A program made the position numbers and the translations under genes. Shown here in pieces: positions 10,800 through 20,628 of a stretch of 64,000 nt of DNA. Where the stretch lies: contig JBMFWW010000002.1 of NCBI GenBank assembly GCA_049964835.1, positions 20,132 to 84,131 of the forward strand. Reading direction: 5' to 3'. Each line of letters opens with the position of its first letter. Positions within the stretch are counted from its first letter, which is position 1. The DNA comes from Candidatus Micrarchaeia archaeon. GTDB taxonomy: Archaea > Micrarchaeota > Micrarchaeia > Micrarchaeales > CABMGC01. The notes beneath the pieces are model-generated. The model was not told the origin of the DNA. It ran no database searches and saw nothing but the letters and a program-made list of their open reading frames with translations.

Positions 10800-10905
10800 A
10801 AACAAACATTTTATATATCTTTGTTGATAAAATCTTTTATACATTTATGAGTTAGCTATTATATAGCTTGCTTATGTAAATATATCTATTAATTATTGTG
10901 GTTTA

Positions 10906-11070
10906 ATGACAAGGTTAGGAAAAATTTGTACCTCATGTGGTAGATTAACTGACAAATATGTTGCATTTTCATGCCCTTCCTGTGGCAAGGCTGAAATCAT
11001 ACGCTGCGACGAGTGCCGCTTAAATCATACTAAATATAAATGCAAAGAATGTGAATTTGAGGGACCATAA
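10906..11070 (+). CDS. Small Zn-finger protein (COG2888/HVO_2753-like), 54 aa
   Basis: MTRLGKICTSCG...FSCPSCG...IIRCDECR...YKCKECEFEGP; four CxxC motifs; conserved position upstream of EF-1beta; stop overlaps next ATG. Confidence 0.9.
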   Translation: MTRLGKICTSCGRLTDKYVAFSCPSCGKAEIIRCDECRLNHTKYKCKECEFEGP

Positions 11071-11315
11071 TGGCAGATGTAGCAACAATTTTTAAGGTTT
11101 ATACAGAAACTGGAAGGGAAACAGAGGTAAGGGACTTAATAGTAAAAAATCTCAAACCTAAAAGTATTCAGTTAGAAGATGTAGCTTTTGGTATAAAGGT
11201 AATAAAGGTAATGTTTGTTCATACAGATGAAGAAGGAAGCACAGCGATAGAAGAAAAGCTAAAATCAGTAAAAGATGTTACCGAAGTTGAAGTAGCAGAT
11301 CAAACGCTTCTGTAA
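11070..11315 (+). CDS. ef1b: Translation elongation factor aEF-1beta
   Basis: MADVATIFKVY, EDVAFGIKVI, VTEVEV; 81 aa. Confidence 0.9.
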   Translation: MADVATIFKVYTETGRETEVRDLIVKNLKPKSIQLEDVAFGIKVIKVMFVHTDEEGSTAIEEKLKSVKDVTEVEVADQTLL

Positions 11316-11341
11316 TATAAAACTAGTTGATTTTTGATTTC

Positions 11342-12841
11342 TTACTCTTTTTTACCATTAATTTTTACTGTCCTAATTATTTTTTTCTTCTTGTCAAATA
11401 TTCTAAATAAATGATTATTTGTATCTGTTATGTATAGATATCTATTATCTGATTTTACATCGTTAGGTTCAAATAATCCCAAAGAATCACATTCAGGATC
11501 ATCAATTTTGCATAAGCATTTTTCTTTTTGTGATATTATACTGTAAGAAACTTGTTTCTTTATGTCTATTGCTTTTATTGAGTTGTTAAAGGTATCTGCG
11601 ATGTAAATTATTCCATTATCATAGCAAAGACCCATAGGGTGCTGTAATAGAGTGTTGCTAACTTTTCCTACCCTATCTCCAAAGACAAAAAGTCCAGCAC
11701 CTACAACTGTACTAGTAAACCTATTTTTTATAGAAATACTCCTTATTCCAGAGCATTCACTATCAGCTATATAAATATCTTTATTTTTTTCATCAAAAAA
11801 TATTCCACTTGGTTGTGCAAAGCAGCAATGTTTTAAAGATCCATCCTCAAGATCTTCATGTCCACTTCCTGCAAAATGAGATATTGTATTATCATTATCA
11901 TAACATAAAATCTGATGTGTTCCAGACTGTGCAATGTAAATGGTCTTTCCATCATAAGACAAATCCCATGGAGAGTTAAGGTTTGTTTTTGTTGCGATGT
12001 GTTCTTCATTAGGCTTAAAGTATCCTCCTGGTTTTCCTGTTCCTGCTACAATTTCAATTAATTCATCATTTACACTTACTTTTTTTATTGTATTACTAAT
12101 CGGATCGCAAACAAGTAATTCATTCCTATTTATCCAGCAAAGGCCTTCTGGCATACTCTGATAACTCGCATTTTTATTCTTATTTAAATAAAGTTCTTTT
12201 ATAAAATTTCTTTTTTTATCCAATACCACTAATCTTTTATTTCCTGAATCTGTAAATGCAATATATTCCTTGTTTATCGCAATCTTACCTGGGTATCTTA
12301 AATACTCAGCGTGCTCTATTTTTTTAAGTTTTGGATTAAAAACTTTATTACTCATTTTTTTATTCGAATATTTTTTAATTAATTCTTGTAAACCTCTGTC
12401 AAAATTCTCAAAGGAAATCTCTCCTGAGAACTTTGCTGCTATCTTTCCATACGGATCTAAAATTACAAATGTTGGCCAACCTGAAGCTCCGTATTCTTTC
12501 CACGTTTTCATATTGCTATCTAAAAGAACAGGGTGTTTAATACCATATCTAGTTATCGCTTCAAGAACATTTTCCCTACTTTTTTCCGATTCAAATTTAG
12601 GAGAATGTACTCCTATTACAACAACCTTTTTATTTTCATATTTCTCTTGTATTTTTTCAAGTATGGGTATCATATGCACGCAATTTATGCAACAATAAGT
12701 CCAAAAATCAATAACGACTATTCTTCCGGCAAGATCTTTTAGTTTAATTTTATTATTTGAGTTTATCCATTCGAGTTTATCATCAAATTCAGGAGCCTTT
12801 AATCCTGGGATAGAAAATAAACCAATATTCATGCTAATCAT
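11342..12841 (-). CDS. Thioredoxin-like (CCINC) plus NHL beta-propeller protein, NHLRC2-like
   Basis: DFWTYCCINC, IGVHSPKF, LRYPGK, LNSPWD, FAQPSG, LQHPMG, IADTFNN, DTNNH. Confidence 0.88.
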   Translation of the reverse strand: MISMNIGLFSIPGLKAPEFDDKLEWINSNNKIKLKDLAGRIVVIDFWTYCCINCVHMIPILEKIQEKYENKKVVVIGVHSPKFESEKSRENVLEAITRYGIKHPVLLDSNMKTWKEYGASGWPTFVILDPYGKIAAKFSGEISFENFDRGLQELIKKYSNKKMSNKVFNPKLKKIEHAEYLRYPGKIAINKEYIAFTDSGNKRLVVLDKKRNFIKELYLNKNKNASYQSMPEGLCWINRNELLVCDPISNTIKKVSVNDELIEIVAGTGKPGGYFKPNEEHIATKTNLNSPWDLSYDGKTIYIAQSGTHQILCYDNDNTISHFAGSGHEDLEDGSLKHCCFAQPSGIFFDEKNKDIYIADSECSGIRSISIKNRFTSTVVGAGLFVFGDRVGKVSNTLLQHPMGLCYDNGIIYIADTFNNSIKAIDIKKQVSYSIISQKEKCLCKIDDPECDSLGLFEPNDVKSDNRYLYITDTNNHLFRIFDKKKKIIRTVKINGKKE

Positions 12842-12860
12842 AAATTATATTTATAATAAG

Positions 12861-13640
12861 TTATTTAGATACTTTATTTAATTCTGAATGTTCTTTAACT
12901 GGCGAGTAATATGCATTTAGCAAAAAACGCATGCTAACATTTTTACTAAGCTCCTCACATATCCTATTAAAGGATTCATCTGGATCTAAATTTTTAAAAC
13001 ATAAAAGTATCTTATTTGCAGTCATAAAACCAGATCCAAGAGAGTAATTTGAGAATAACTTATCCAACTTAAATAAATAATTATTTAAACTATTATTTAT
13101 TATCATAGAGTCTATACAGTTTATAACTAAAATGCCATTTTCTTTGAGAGATCTATAACTATTTTTAACAAATTCTTCGGTAAGAAATTCTTCAGGTATG
13201 TTATCTATTTCATACGCATCTAAAATAATTATATCGTATGTATTTTTTCTAGAAGATACAAAATCAAAGCCGTTTTTGTTATATATTTTTACAGAATCTT
13301 CAATCTCATTATCTTTGAAAAAATTTTTGTATAAAGAGATTACTTCGTTGTTTATTTCAACAACATCTATATTTGCTCTGGTAAATATTTTAGAAATTTC
13401 TTTAATAATACTTCCGCCTCCAAGGCCTATCATAAGTATGTTTGGCTTTTCAAAAACATAACAAACTGGAGGTATAAGATCCCAATACTCTCCTGAAAAA
13501 ACAGATTTTTTATTCACTCTACTTTGTATTACTCCATTAAACTTCAATGTTTTATATTTTTCATCCTCGCTTATTTCTATCTTTTTTCCAAATGATTTAA
13601 TTACAAAATTTCTTTTTTTAAAAATATTTAAAAAAGTCAT
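12861..13640 (-). CDS. Spermidine-synthase-like SAM-dependent transferase
   Basis: LMIGLGGGS, VVEIN, YDIIILDAY, LKENGILVIN. Confidence 0.8.
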   Translation of the reverse strand: MTFLNIFKKRNFVIKSFGKKIEISEDEKYKTLKFNGVIQSRVNKKSVFSGEYWDLIPPVCYVFEKPNILMIGLGGGSIIKEISKIFTRANIDVVEINNEVISLYKNFFKDNEIEDSVKIYNKNGFDFVSSRKNTYDIIILDAYEIDNIPEEFLTEEFVKNSYRSLKENGILVINCIDSMIINNSLNNYLFKLDKLFSNYSLGSGFMTANKILLCFKNLDPDESFNRICEELSKNVSMRFLLNAYYSPVKEHSELNKVSK

Positions 13641-13648
13641 TAAATACC

Positions 13649-13924
13649 TTACTTCTTAGATTGCTTAGGTATCTGCTTTGCAAACTCCTCTATTTCCTCT
13701 TGAACTTCATCAAGAGCCTTAAGTATTGAGTTTCTTGCATTTTTACTTGATTTTACAATAAGTCTGGGTTGACCAACATCAGGATGAGTTTTGACTACGC
13801 TGACGAATTCTATATCACTTTTCCCTACAAGCTTATCTCTTATAATATCAGCTATTCCTCTATCCATATCTATTAGTTCTATTATCATGCTCTTTGTGTC
13901 ATCTTCAATAATATTTACTTTCAT
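13649..13924 (-). CDS. rpoL: RNA polymerase subunit Rpo11 (RpoL)
   Basis: 91 aa; MKVNIIED...IEL...DIEFVSV.KTHP....PRLIVKS pattern of the RBP11 family. Confidence 0.8.
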   Translation of the reverse strand: MKVNIIEDDTKSMIIELIDMDRGIADIIRDKLVGKSDIEFVSVVKTHPDVGQPRLIVKSSKNARNSILKALDEVQEEIEEFAKQIPKQSKK

Positions 13925-14142
13925 TTAATCAACAATATATTTAGAATAAGTATATTTTAAACAAAAAAGTATATAAATATCTTGTTAAAAGCATATATTC
14001 TTGATTTTCTGATAATCTCTGAATTAAGACAGTTTTTATACTACAAAAAAGCTATGCTATCCTTTTATATATTTTTGTTAATAAATATCTATACGCTATT
14101 TAATAGTTTAACTAGCATATTTTAGTAGATTAGTGTGAGTAA

Positions 14143-14562
14143 ATGTCAAATATATTGGAAGCAGACGGTTCAAAGTTAATATCAAAGGCCGCAGAAAAAT
14201 TAAAAGAGAGTGGCATAAAAAAACCAGAGTACATAGATTATGTTAAATCGGGCGCAGGAAGGGAGCGCGTTCCATCTGATACTAATTTTTGGTATCTTCG
14301 CTGTGCATCAATAATGCGTCAAACTTACATACACGGTACTATAGGTATAACCAAATTAAGATCAAGATATAGTAACAGAAAAAAGCATGTGGTACATAGA
14401 CACCATACAATGCCTGCTGGAGGCAGCATAATAAAGGATGCCTTTGATGCTCTAGAAAAGATAGGTTACGTTAAAAAGACACCTTCAGGAAGAACGCTAA
14501 CACCTAAAGGTCGTTCATTTCTTGATAAACTTGCAGGAGAGGTAATTAAAGAGGGTGCATAA
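14143..14562 (+). CDS. rps19e: 30S ribosomal protein S19e
   Basis: VKSG..RERVP, FWYLRCASIMR, GGSIIK, LEKIGYV, GRTLTPKGRSFLD. Confidence 0.95.
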   Translation: MSNILEADGSKLISKAAEKLKESGIKKPEYIDYVKSGAGRERVPSDTNFWYLRCASIMRQTYIHGTIGITKLRSRYSNRKKHVVHRHHTMPAGGSIIKDAFDALEKIGYVKKTPSGRTLTPKGRSFLDKLAGEVIKEGA

Positions 14563-14564
14563 GT

Positions 14565-14870
14565 TTGCAGGAAGCTCAAGAGCCTAATGAAGATAGAATA
14601 AGAAAAGAATATTCAAGGCGCTTGAAGTTAATGCAGATGGAGCAACAAAAAAGAGAGATAGCTAGAAAGTTCACAACAAATGAAGCTTATGAAAGATTGA
14701 TGAATGTAAGAATATCAAATAGAGATTTATACGATCAGCTAATAAATTTAATAATAAATATGGCTCAAAGCAGGCGAATAATTAGCAAACTAACTGATGA
14801 GGAGCTTAAGCAGCTACTTACTAAGTTAACATATAAGCCTGATTCAAAGATTGAGTTTAAACATAAATAA
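14565..14870 (+). CDS. PDCD5-like dsDNA-binding protein
   Basis: T.EAYERL.NVRI, LTDEELKQLL; conserved position after S19e. Confidence 0.85.
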   Translation: MQEAQEPNEDRIRKEYSRRLKLMQMEQQKREIARKFTTNEAYERLMNVRISNRDLYDQLINLIINMAQSRRIISKLTDEELKQLLTKLTYKPDSKIEFKHK

Positions 14871-14879
14871 GGTTTTAAA

Positions 14880-15038
14880 ATGGGTAAAAAATCAGCAAAG
14901 AAAAAACAAATGCTTGGTAAAAAATTAAAGCAAAACAGGAGAATACCTGTTCTAGCAGTTCTAAGAACACATAGAAAGGTTCAGTTTAACAGATTCCAAA
15001 GAAGTTGGAGAAAGAGAAAGTTAGGATTAAAAGGGTAA
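14880..15038 (+). CDS. rpl39e: 50S ribosomal protein L39e
   Basis: MGKKSAKKKQMLGKKLKQNRRIPV...RSWRKRKLGLKG (52 aa, below ORF-track cutoff). Confidence 0.93.
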   Translation: MGKKSAKKKQMLGKKLKQNRRIPVLAVLRTHRKVQFNRFQRSWRKRKLGLKG

Positions 15039-15043
15039 TTTTT

Positions 15044-15511
15044 ATGGCAACGCAAATATCTAAGACAATTGCATTAAGAAAAAAGCTAGTTAAAATACAT
15101 AGATCTAGAAGACTTAAAAAAGCAGTATCCTACTTTAAGGAAGATATATCTAGATATACAAAATCTGATTTAAATTCAATAGAATTAACCGGAGAGCTAA
15201 ATGGCTATCTTATGCATGAGGTTGCTAAAAATATGAAAAGTGTAAATGTAGTAATAACAAAAGATGGCGCATCAACAAAAGTAGATCTATCACCTGAATT
15301 AAAGAAGCAAAAAACAAAACCAACGCAAGATACATCAAAGACAAAGGACACTAAATCTAAAAATGAAAAAGAAGAAAAAGCAAAATCAGAAAAGAAAGAG
15401 CAGCCTAAAAAAGATGTAGAAAAAGAGAATAAAAATAAAGAAAGCACCACTCAAGTAGAGAAAAGCAAGGAACAACACAAAAAAACTCATCCTGAAAAAA
15501 CAGAGAAATAA
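15044..15511 (+). CDS. rpl31e: 50S ribosomal protein L31e with long Lys/Glu-rich C-terminal tail
   Basis: TIALRK....HRSRRLKKAV, ELNGYL; located between L39e and eIF6; ATG at 15044. Confidence 0.8.
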   Translation: MATQISKTIALRKKLVKIHRSRRLKKAVSYFKEDISRYTKSDLNSIELTGELNGYLMHEVAKNMKSVNVVITKDGASTKVDLSPELKKQKTKPTQDTSKTKDTKSKNEKEEKAKSEKKEQPKKDVEKENKNKESTTQVEKSKEQHKKTHPEKTEK

Positions 15512-15522
15512 GGTTCTTGTAA

Positions 15523-16191
15523 ATGAGTATAAATACACTTACTATACACGGTGACGATTTCATAGGCGCTTATTGCATAACTTCTGACAATATTGCCATA
15601 ACTGGATCTATTCTTAAAAAGAAGGATGAAGAGCTTTTTGAAAAAACATTAAAGCTAAAACCTAAAAGACTGACTATTGGCGGATCAGATCTCATAGGGC
15701 TTTTTAGTAAGGCAAATAAGAATGGAATACTAATATCAAATAATATCTATAACTCAGAGTTAAAACAATTCAAGTTGGAATACCCAAATTTAAATATTGG
15801 TGTTTTAGACAGTGAACTAAATGCAATAGGCAATAATATACTTATTAATGACAAATTAGCAATTGTAAATCCAGATTACAAGGATAAAGATATAAAAATT
15901 ATAGAAGAAATTTTTGGGGTAGAGGCAATAAAGCTTGAGATAGCAGGATACAAAACTGTCGGTTCACACAACATCTTAACAAATAAAGGTCTTGTTGCTA
16001 ACAATAATATATCTGAAGATGAATTTGACAATCTTAAAAAATTCTCAAAGTCAGTTTCTCAATCTACTGCAAATTTAGGTTCATTGGCTATAGGTATAAG
16101 TGTTATAGCTAATTCAAACGGTATTTTATTTGGAAGCAGCACATCAGGTTATGAAATGGCAAATATACAAGACGGTCTTGAAATATCTTAA
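15523..16191 (+). CDS. eif6: Translation initiation factor 6 (aIF6)
   Basis: IGGSDLIG, NAIGNNILIND, TVGS, TNKG, ANSNG..FGSSTSGYE. Confidence 0.93.
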   Translation: MSINTLTIHGDDFIGAYCITSDNIAITGSILKKKDEELFEKTLKLKPKRLTIGGSDLIGLFSKANKNGILISNNIYNSELKQFKLEYPNLNIGVLDSELNAIGNNILINDKLAIVNPDYKDKDIKIIEEIFGVEAIKLEIAGYKTVGSHNILTNKGLVANNNISEDEFDNLKKFSKSVSQSTANLGSLAIGISVIANSNGILFGSSTSGYEMANIQDGLEIS

Positions 16192-16254
16192 AAACTAACT
16201 TTACAAAAAGAGATAAATACATTAAGCACTAATCTTTTATAATAAGGTTTTTTA

Positions 16255-16692
16255 ATGTCAGATGCAAAAATAACTTCAGACAAATCAGTTGGAAAAAATG
16301 AAGCTGTGAATCAACTAAGATATTTGCAGAACGTATACTCGCAGCAGTATGAAATAATTGAAAATCAAATTTCAACATATTCTATGTCTATAGATGCAAT
16401 ACAAAAAGGTATAGATGCACTAGAAAAGGCTACAAAATCAGAAAAGGTAAATACACTTATAAATACCGGTCCTGGAGTTTATATGGATGGAGTAATAACA
16501 AATACAAAAACAACCTTAACTTACATCGGCGCCGGCTATTTAGTAGAAAAAACAGTAGCAGAAGCAAAGGAGTTTATATCAAACAATAAAAAAAGGCAGG
16601 AAGAGGTCCTTAAAAAGTTAGTTTCTGAAAAAAGCAAGCTTCAAAACGAATTATTAGATATAATGTATAAGTTGGAATCATTACAAGAGTAA
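16255..16692 (+). CDS. pfdA: Prefoldin alpha subunit
   Basis: Coiled coils flanking TGPGVY...IGAGYLVEKTVAEA. Confidence 0.9.
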   Translation: MSDAKITSDKSVGKNEAVNQLRYLQNVYSQQYEIIENQISTYSMSIDAIQKGIDALEKATKSEKVNTLINTGPGVYMDGVITNTKTTLTYIGAGYLVEKTVAEAKEFISNNKKRQEEVLKKLVSEKSKLQNELLDIMYKLESLQE

Positions 16693-16705
16693 TTTAGGTA
16701 TTAAA

Positions 16706-18199
16706 ATGTTTGATGGACTAAAGAAGAAGTTTTCAAAATTCATAAACTCTGTAACTAAAAAAGAAGAAGAGGAGATAAAAACAGAGGAGAGCATTAAACA
16801 GGAAGTTTCATCAATATCAATACTACCACAGTCAACAGAAGCTCAAAAAGAAGTTCCAACAAAAGATGTTAATGAAGCACCTATATCTACAATTGAAAAA
16901 GAGTTTAGACAAGAAAGTATCAAACAAAATATTCATGAAACTAAATTCGGATCTAATTCTGATATTCAAAAACACCACTTTATAAAAGAGAAAGAATACG
17001 AAAAAGACAAAGAAGACAAAGAAGATAAAGAGGATAAAAAAGTAGTAATTCATAAAATTCCATCAGATAAAGAAAAAAACAAAACAGAACAAAATGAGGA
17101 ACCATATAAACACACAGAAAAGATTCATGAAACAAATATTAAGCATGAAAAAGAGTCTAATCACTTAAAAGAGAATCAAAAAACAAATTCTACAAATACA
17201 CAAGTCAATAAAGATGATTCTAATACAAAAAATAAAAGCATATTTGGTAAAGATATAAAAAATACATACTCAATTGAAACCAAAAATGTACAAAAACCAA
17301 ACGTCACATTCGGAACAAAAATAAAAAGTGTTTTCTTCAAAGAAGTAAGTATAAAAGAGAATGACATTGAGCCTTTTTTAGAGGATTTAAGAGAGTCATT
17401 ACTTGAATCTGATGTTAATTACGACGCTTCAGAAAAAATATTAGGAAGTATAAAGACCTCTCTTTTATCTAGTAAGATTTCTTCAAAGAACATAAATTCA
17501 CAGATAAGTGGCATTCTTCAAGATTCGATACTTAAGATACTGCAAAAACCTTCTAAAATAGATTTAATATCTCTTGCATCATCAAAAAAGGCTTCTGGAG
17601 AGCCACTTAAAATTCTTTTCATAGGCCCTAATGGTGCCGGAAAGACAACAACTATGGCAAAGGTTGCAACAATGTTTATAAAAAATGATATTTCTGTAGT
17701 AATGTCAGCTAGTGATACATTTCGTGCAGCTGCAATAGAGCAAACGGTCATTCATGCAGAAAGGCTTGGAGTAAATGTTATAAAAGGAAAGTATAATGCC
17801 GATCCGGCAAGCGTTGCTTTTGATGCAATAGCGCATGCCAAAGCACACCACATAAATGTTGTTTTAATAGACAGTGCAGGCAGGCAGGAAACAAACAAAA
17901 GTTTAATGGAAGAAATAAAGAAAATAGTGAGAATAGCAAAACCAGATCTAAAGATCTTTGTAGGTGAGGGAATAGCAGGCAATGCTCTATTAAATCAGGT
18001 TTCAGAGTTTAATTCTACTGTAGGATTAGACGGTGTTATATTAACAAAGCTTGATTGTGATGCAAAAGGAGGAAACACAATATCAATAATAAGTGAAACA
18101 TCAGTGCCGATACTTTTCTTTGGTATTGGTGAAGGATATGATGATCTTCTTCCTTATGACCCTAATTTCATAGTTAAAAATATCTTTTCTGCTTCTTAA
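16706..18199 (+). CDS. ftsY: SRP receptor FtsY
   Basis: GPNGAGKTTT, SDTFRAAAIEQ, DSAGR, TKLD.DAKGG; long charged N-terminal region. Confidence 0.96.
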   Translation: MFDGLKKKFSKFINSVTKKEEEEIKTEESIKQEVSSISILPQSTEAQKEVPTKDVNEAPISTIEKEFRQESIKQNIHETKFGSNSDIQKHHFIKEKEYEKDKEDKEDKEDKKVVIHKIPSDKEKNKTEQNEEPYKHTEKIHETNIKHEKESNHLKENQKTNSTNTQVNKDDSNTKNKSIFGKDIKNTYSIETKNVQKPNVTFGTKIKSVFFKEVSIKENDIEPFLEDLRESLLESDVNYDASEKILGSIKTSLLSSKISSKNINSQISGILQDSILKILQKPSKIDLISLASSKKASGEPLKILFIGPNGAGKTTTMAKVATMFIKNDISVVMSASDTFRAAAIEQTVIHAERLGVNVIKGKYNADPASVAFDAIAHAKAHHINVVLIDSAGRQETNKSLMEEIKKIVRIAKPDLKIFVGEGIAGNALLNQVSEFNSTVGLDGVILTKLDCDAKGGNTISIISETSVPILFFGIGEGYDDLLPYDPNFIVKNIFSAS

Positions 18200-18266
18200 T
18201 TAACTAATAATTTTGTTAATTAATTATTAATTTTTAAAAATAAAAGAGTAAAAAATAAAAAAAAGT

Positions 18267-19646
18267 TTATACCTCATTTTTAGGATTTAGTATTTTATCT
18301 AGCGTTTCCTTATCTAATACCTTCATTTCAAGACAAACTTGTTTTATGCTTTTATTCTCTTTTAATGCTATCTTTGCAATCTGTGCTGCTTTTGAATATC
18401 CGATATATTGATTTAATGCAGTAGCAAGTTCTATGTCCATCTCTAGATATTTATCTATTCTTTCTTTATTTGGTTTAATTCCTTTGACACACTCGTCATC
18501 AAATGTTTTTATTGCATTTGAAAGTATCTTTATACAATATAACAATTCAAATGAAATAAGAGGTGTGAATACATTTAGTTCTAGCTGTGCCCCTGCAACC
18601 GCTTCAGAAACTGTTCGTGAAGAACCTATTACTCTATAACATACCATATTCAACATCTCTGGAATGCTAGGATTTATCTTTCCTGGCATAATTGATGATC
18701 CTGGAAGAGCTGGAGGAAGTATTATCTCAGAAAGGCCAGCTCTAGGCCCAGAGCTAAGAAGCCTTAAATCATTGCATATCTTACTAAGCATTGTTGCTGT
18801 TGTTAATAGGGCATTTGATAGCTCAAGCTGTTCATATCTAAACGACATATTTGTAAAGATGCTGCTAGCTTTCCTAAGCTTAAGTTCGGTTTCCTTTCTT
18901 AGCTCTTCTATTATGTATTTTTGATACTCGCTTCCAGTGTTTATTCCTGTTCCTACCGCAGTCCCACCTATCGGAACTTCTAGCAATGCTTCATATGCAT
19001 TTTCAATACTAAGTAATGATTTAGATATTGCTCCAGCATAAGCACTAAACTCTTCACCAAGTTTCATTGGCACAGCATCTTGAAGATGCGTTCTACCAAT
19101 CTTTACTATATTTAAAAATTCCTTTGATTTATAAGAAAAGCTTTCATGAAGTTTTTTTAATTGCGGTATTAAGTATTTATTCAAAGTAGTTGCACATGCT
19201 ATATTTACTGCAGAAGGATATGTGTCATTTGTTGATTGAGACATATTAACATGATCATTTGGATGTACTATTTTGTATGAACCTTTTTTACCACCTAACT
19301 TTTCTATTGCTATATTTGCTATAACCTCATTTAAGTTCATGTTTAGACTTGTTCCTGCTCCAGCTTGAAATGGATCTATTATAAACTGGCCATTAAATTT
19401 ACCACTTAAAATTTCATTACAAGCGTAAAGTATTGCATTACAAATTTTCTTATCTAATTTATTTGCTTTCATATTCGCAATTGCTGTAGCTTTCTTTAAC
19501 TTCGCATAACTGTAAATAAGATCAAGGTCAACTCTCTGACCAGATATTTTAAATTTGTTAATGGTTCTTTGCGTTTCTGATCCGTAATAGACTTCAATTG
19601 GCAATTCAACTTTTCCTAACGCATCCGTTTCAACTCTATTTCTCAT
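18267..19646 (-). CDS. fumC: Class II fumarate hydratase / aspartate ammonia-lyase family
   Basis: GSSIMPGKINP, HPNDHVNMSQSTND, GRTHLQDA; ATG at 19646 follows GGAGGT; operon with sdh favours fumarase, aspartase not excluded. Confidence 0.75.
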   Translation of the reverse strand: MRNRVETDALGKVELPIEVYYGSETQRTINKFKISGQRVDLDLIYSYAKLKKATAIANMKANKLDKKICNAILYACNEILSGKFNGQFIIDPFQAGAGTSLNMNLNEVIANIAIEKLGGKKGSYKIVHPNDHVNMSQSTNDTYPSAVNIACATTLNKYLIPQLKKLHESFSYKSKEFLNIVKIGRTHLQDAVPMKLGEEFSAYAGAISKSLLSIENAYEALLEVPIGGTAVGTGINTGSEYQKYIIEELRKETELKLRKASSIFTNMSFRYEQLELSNALLTTATMLSKICNDLRLLSSGPRAGLSEIILPPALPGSSIMPGKINPSIPEMLNMVCYRVIGSSRTVSEAVAGAQLELNVFTPLISFELLYCIKILSNAIKTFDDECVKGIKPNKERIDKYLEMDIELATALNQYIGYSKAAQIAKIALKENKSIKQVCLEMKVLDKETLDKILNPKNEV

Positions 19647-20628
19647 TTTTCTCAACCTCCTTTTTAATTCCTAAATATTCTTCTGCAGTCGCTGCCTTAA
19701 GTAATTGTATTGCAGATGCAGGATCAACTCCTTTTGGACATGCTTTAGAGCATGCTCCTGCAAATTCACAACCCCATAATCCAGTTAATTTATCTACAAT
19801 TGTAATTCTGCTTTCCATTTGATCTCTTGAATCCTTATAATACCTATAAGCTTGAGATAATGCTTGTGGCCCTATAAACTCCTTATTTGTATTAACTACT
19901 GGACAAGCATCCATACAAAGACCACACATAATACAGTACGAGTATGGCAAAAATTCATTTATCTGAGCACTGCTTTGCTCATATGGAGATCTTCCACTCA
20001 TCTGTTCTATTTTATTATTTCTCACTAAATGTGGTTCTACCTCTTTATGTTTATCAATAAATTCAGTAAAGTCAGTAACAAGATCCTTTAATATCGGATG
20101 ACTTTCCATAGGCTCAACCTTTACAACCTTTTTGTCCTTGCATAATTCAATGAAGTTTGTTTCACATGCAAGTGATGGTTTTCCATCTATTACCATTCCA
20201 CAAGATCCGCATATTCCCATCCTACAACTATATCTTATTGATAAGGTATTATCTTGCTTTTCTTTCACTTCTAAAAGTGCATCAAGTACGCTTGAAAAAT
20301 TATTTACATCAACTTTATGATTAGTTGTAAACTGTATATTTTTTTCAGAATCAAATCTTTTTATTTCTAATGTATAATCTTTAATATTTACCTTTAAGTT
20401 GTTGTAAGGCGTTTTAACTTTAACTTTTGATATATTTGTTTTTTCAGTTCTGTAATAAATTTCTACAATTCCAAGAATAGAAAATACAATTAAGTCCACA
20501 GCTAAAAGAAATAAAATAATTTTTAAGAATGCAAAATAAAAATAAGCCGATATTAGAAAAACAAAGAAAAGTATTGGAAGCGCTCCCATTGCAACATAAA
20601 ACGATAAGAAGTACTTTGATGTTCTCAT
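19636..20628 (-). CDS. sdhB: Succinate dehydrogenase Fe-S subunit with fused N-terminal TM segment
   Basis: CRMGICGSC..C (2Fe-2S), CIMCGLCMDACP (4Fe-4S), CEFAGACSKACP (3Fe-4S); first ~58 aa hydrophobic. Confidence 0.92.
   Translation of the reverse strand: MRTSKYFLSFYVAMGALPILFFVFLISAYFYFAFLKIILFLLAVDLIVFSILGIVEIYYRTEKTNISKVKVKTPYNNLKVNIKDYTLEIKRFDSEKNIQFTTNHKVDVNNFSSVLDALLEVKEKQDNTLSIRYSCRMGICGSCGMVIDGKPSLACETNFIELCKDKKVVKVEPMESHPILKDLVTDFTEFIDKHKEVEPHLVRNNKIEQMSGRSPYEQSSAQINEFLPYSYCIMCGLCMDACPVVNTNKEFIGPQALSQAYRYYKDSRDQMESRITIVDKLTGLWGCEFAGACSKACPKGVDPASAIQLLKAATAEEYLGIKKEVEKNEK

Noticed and set aside
15005..15043. ORF-track N-terminal extension of L31e
   Set aside because: Overlaps rpl39e; ATG at 15044 is the plausible start.
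17001..17040. GAAGACAAA-type short tandem repeat in ftsY
   Set aside because: In-frame EDK low-complexity expansion in a disordered region.
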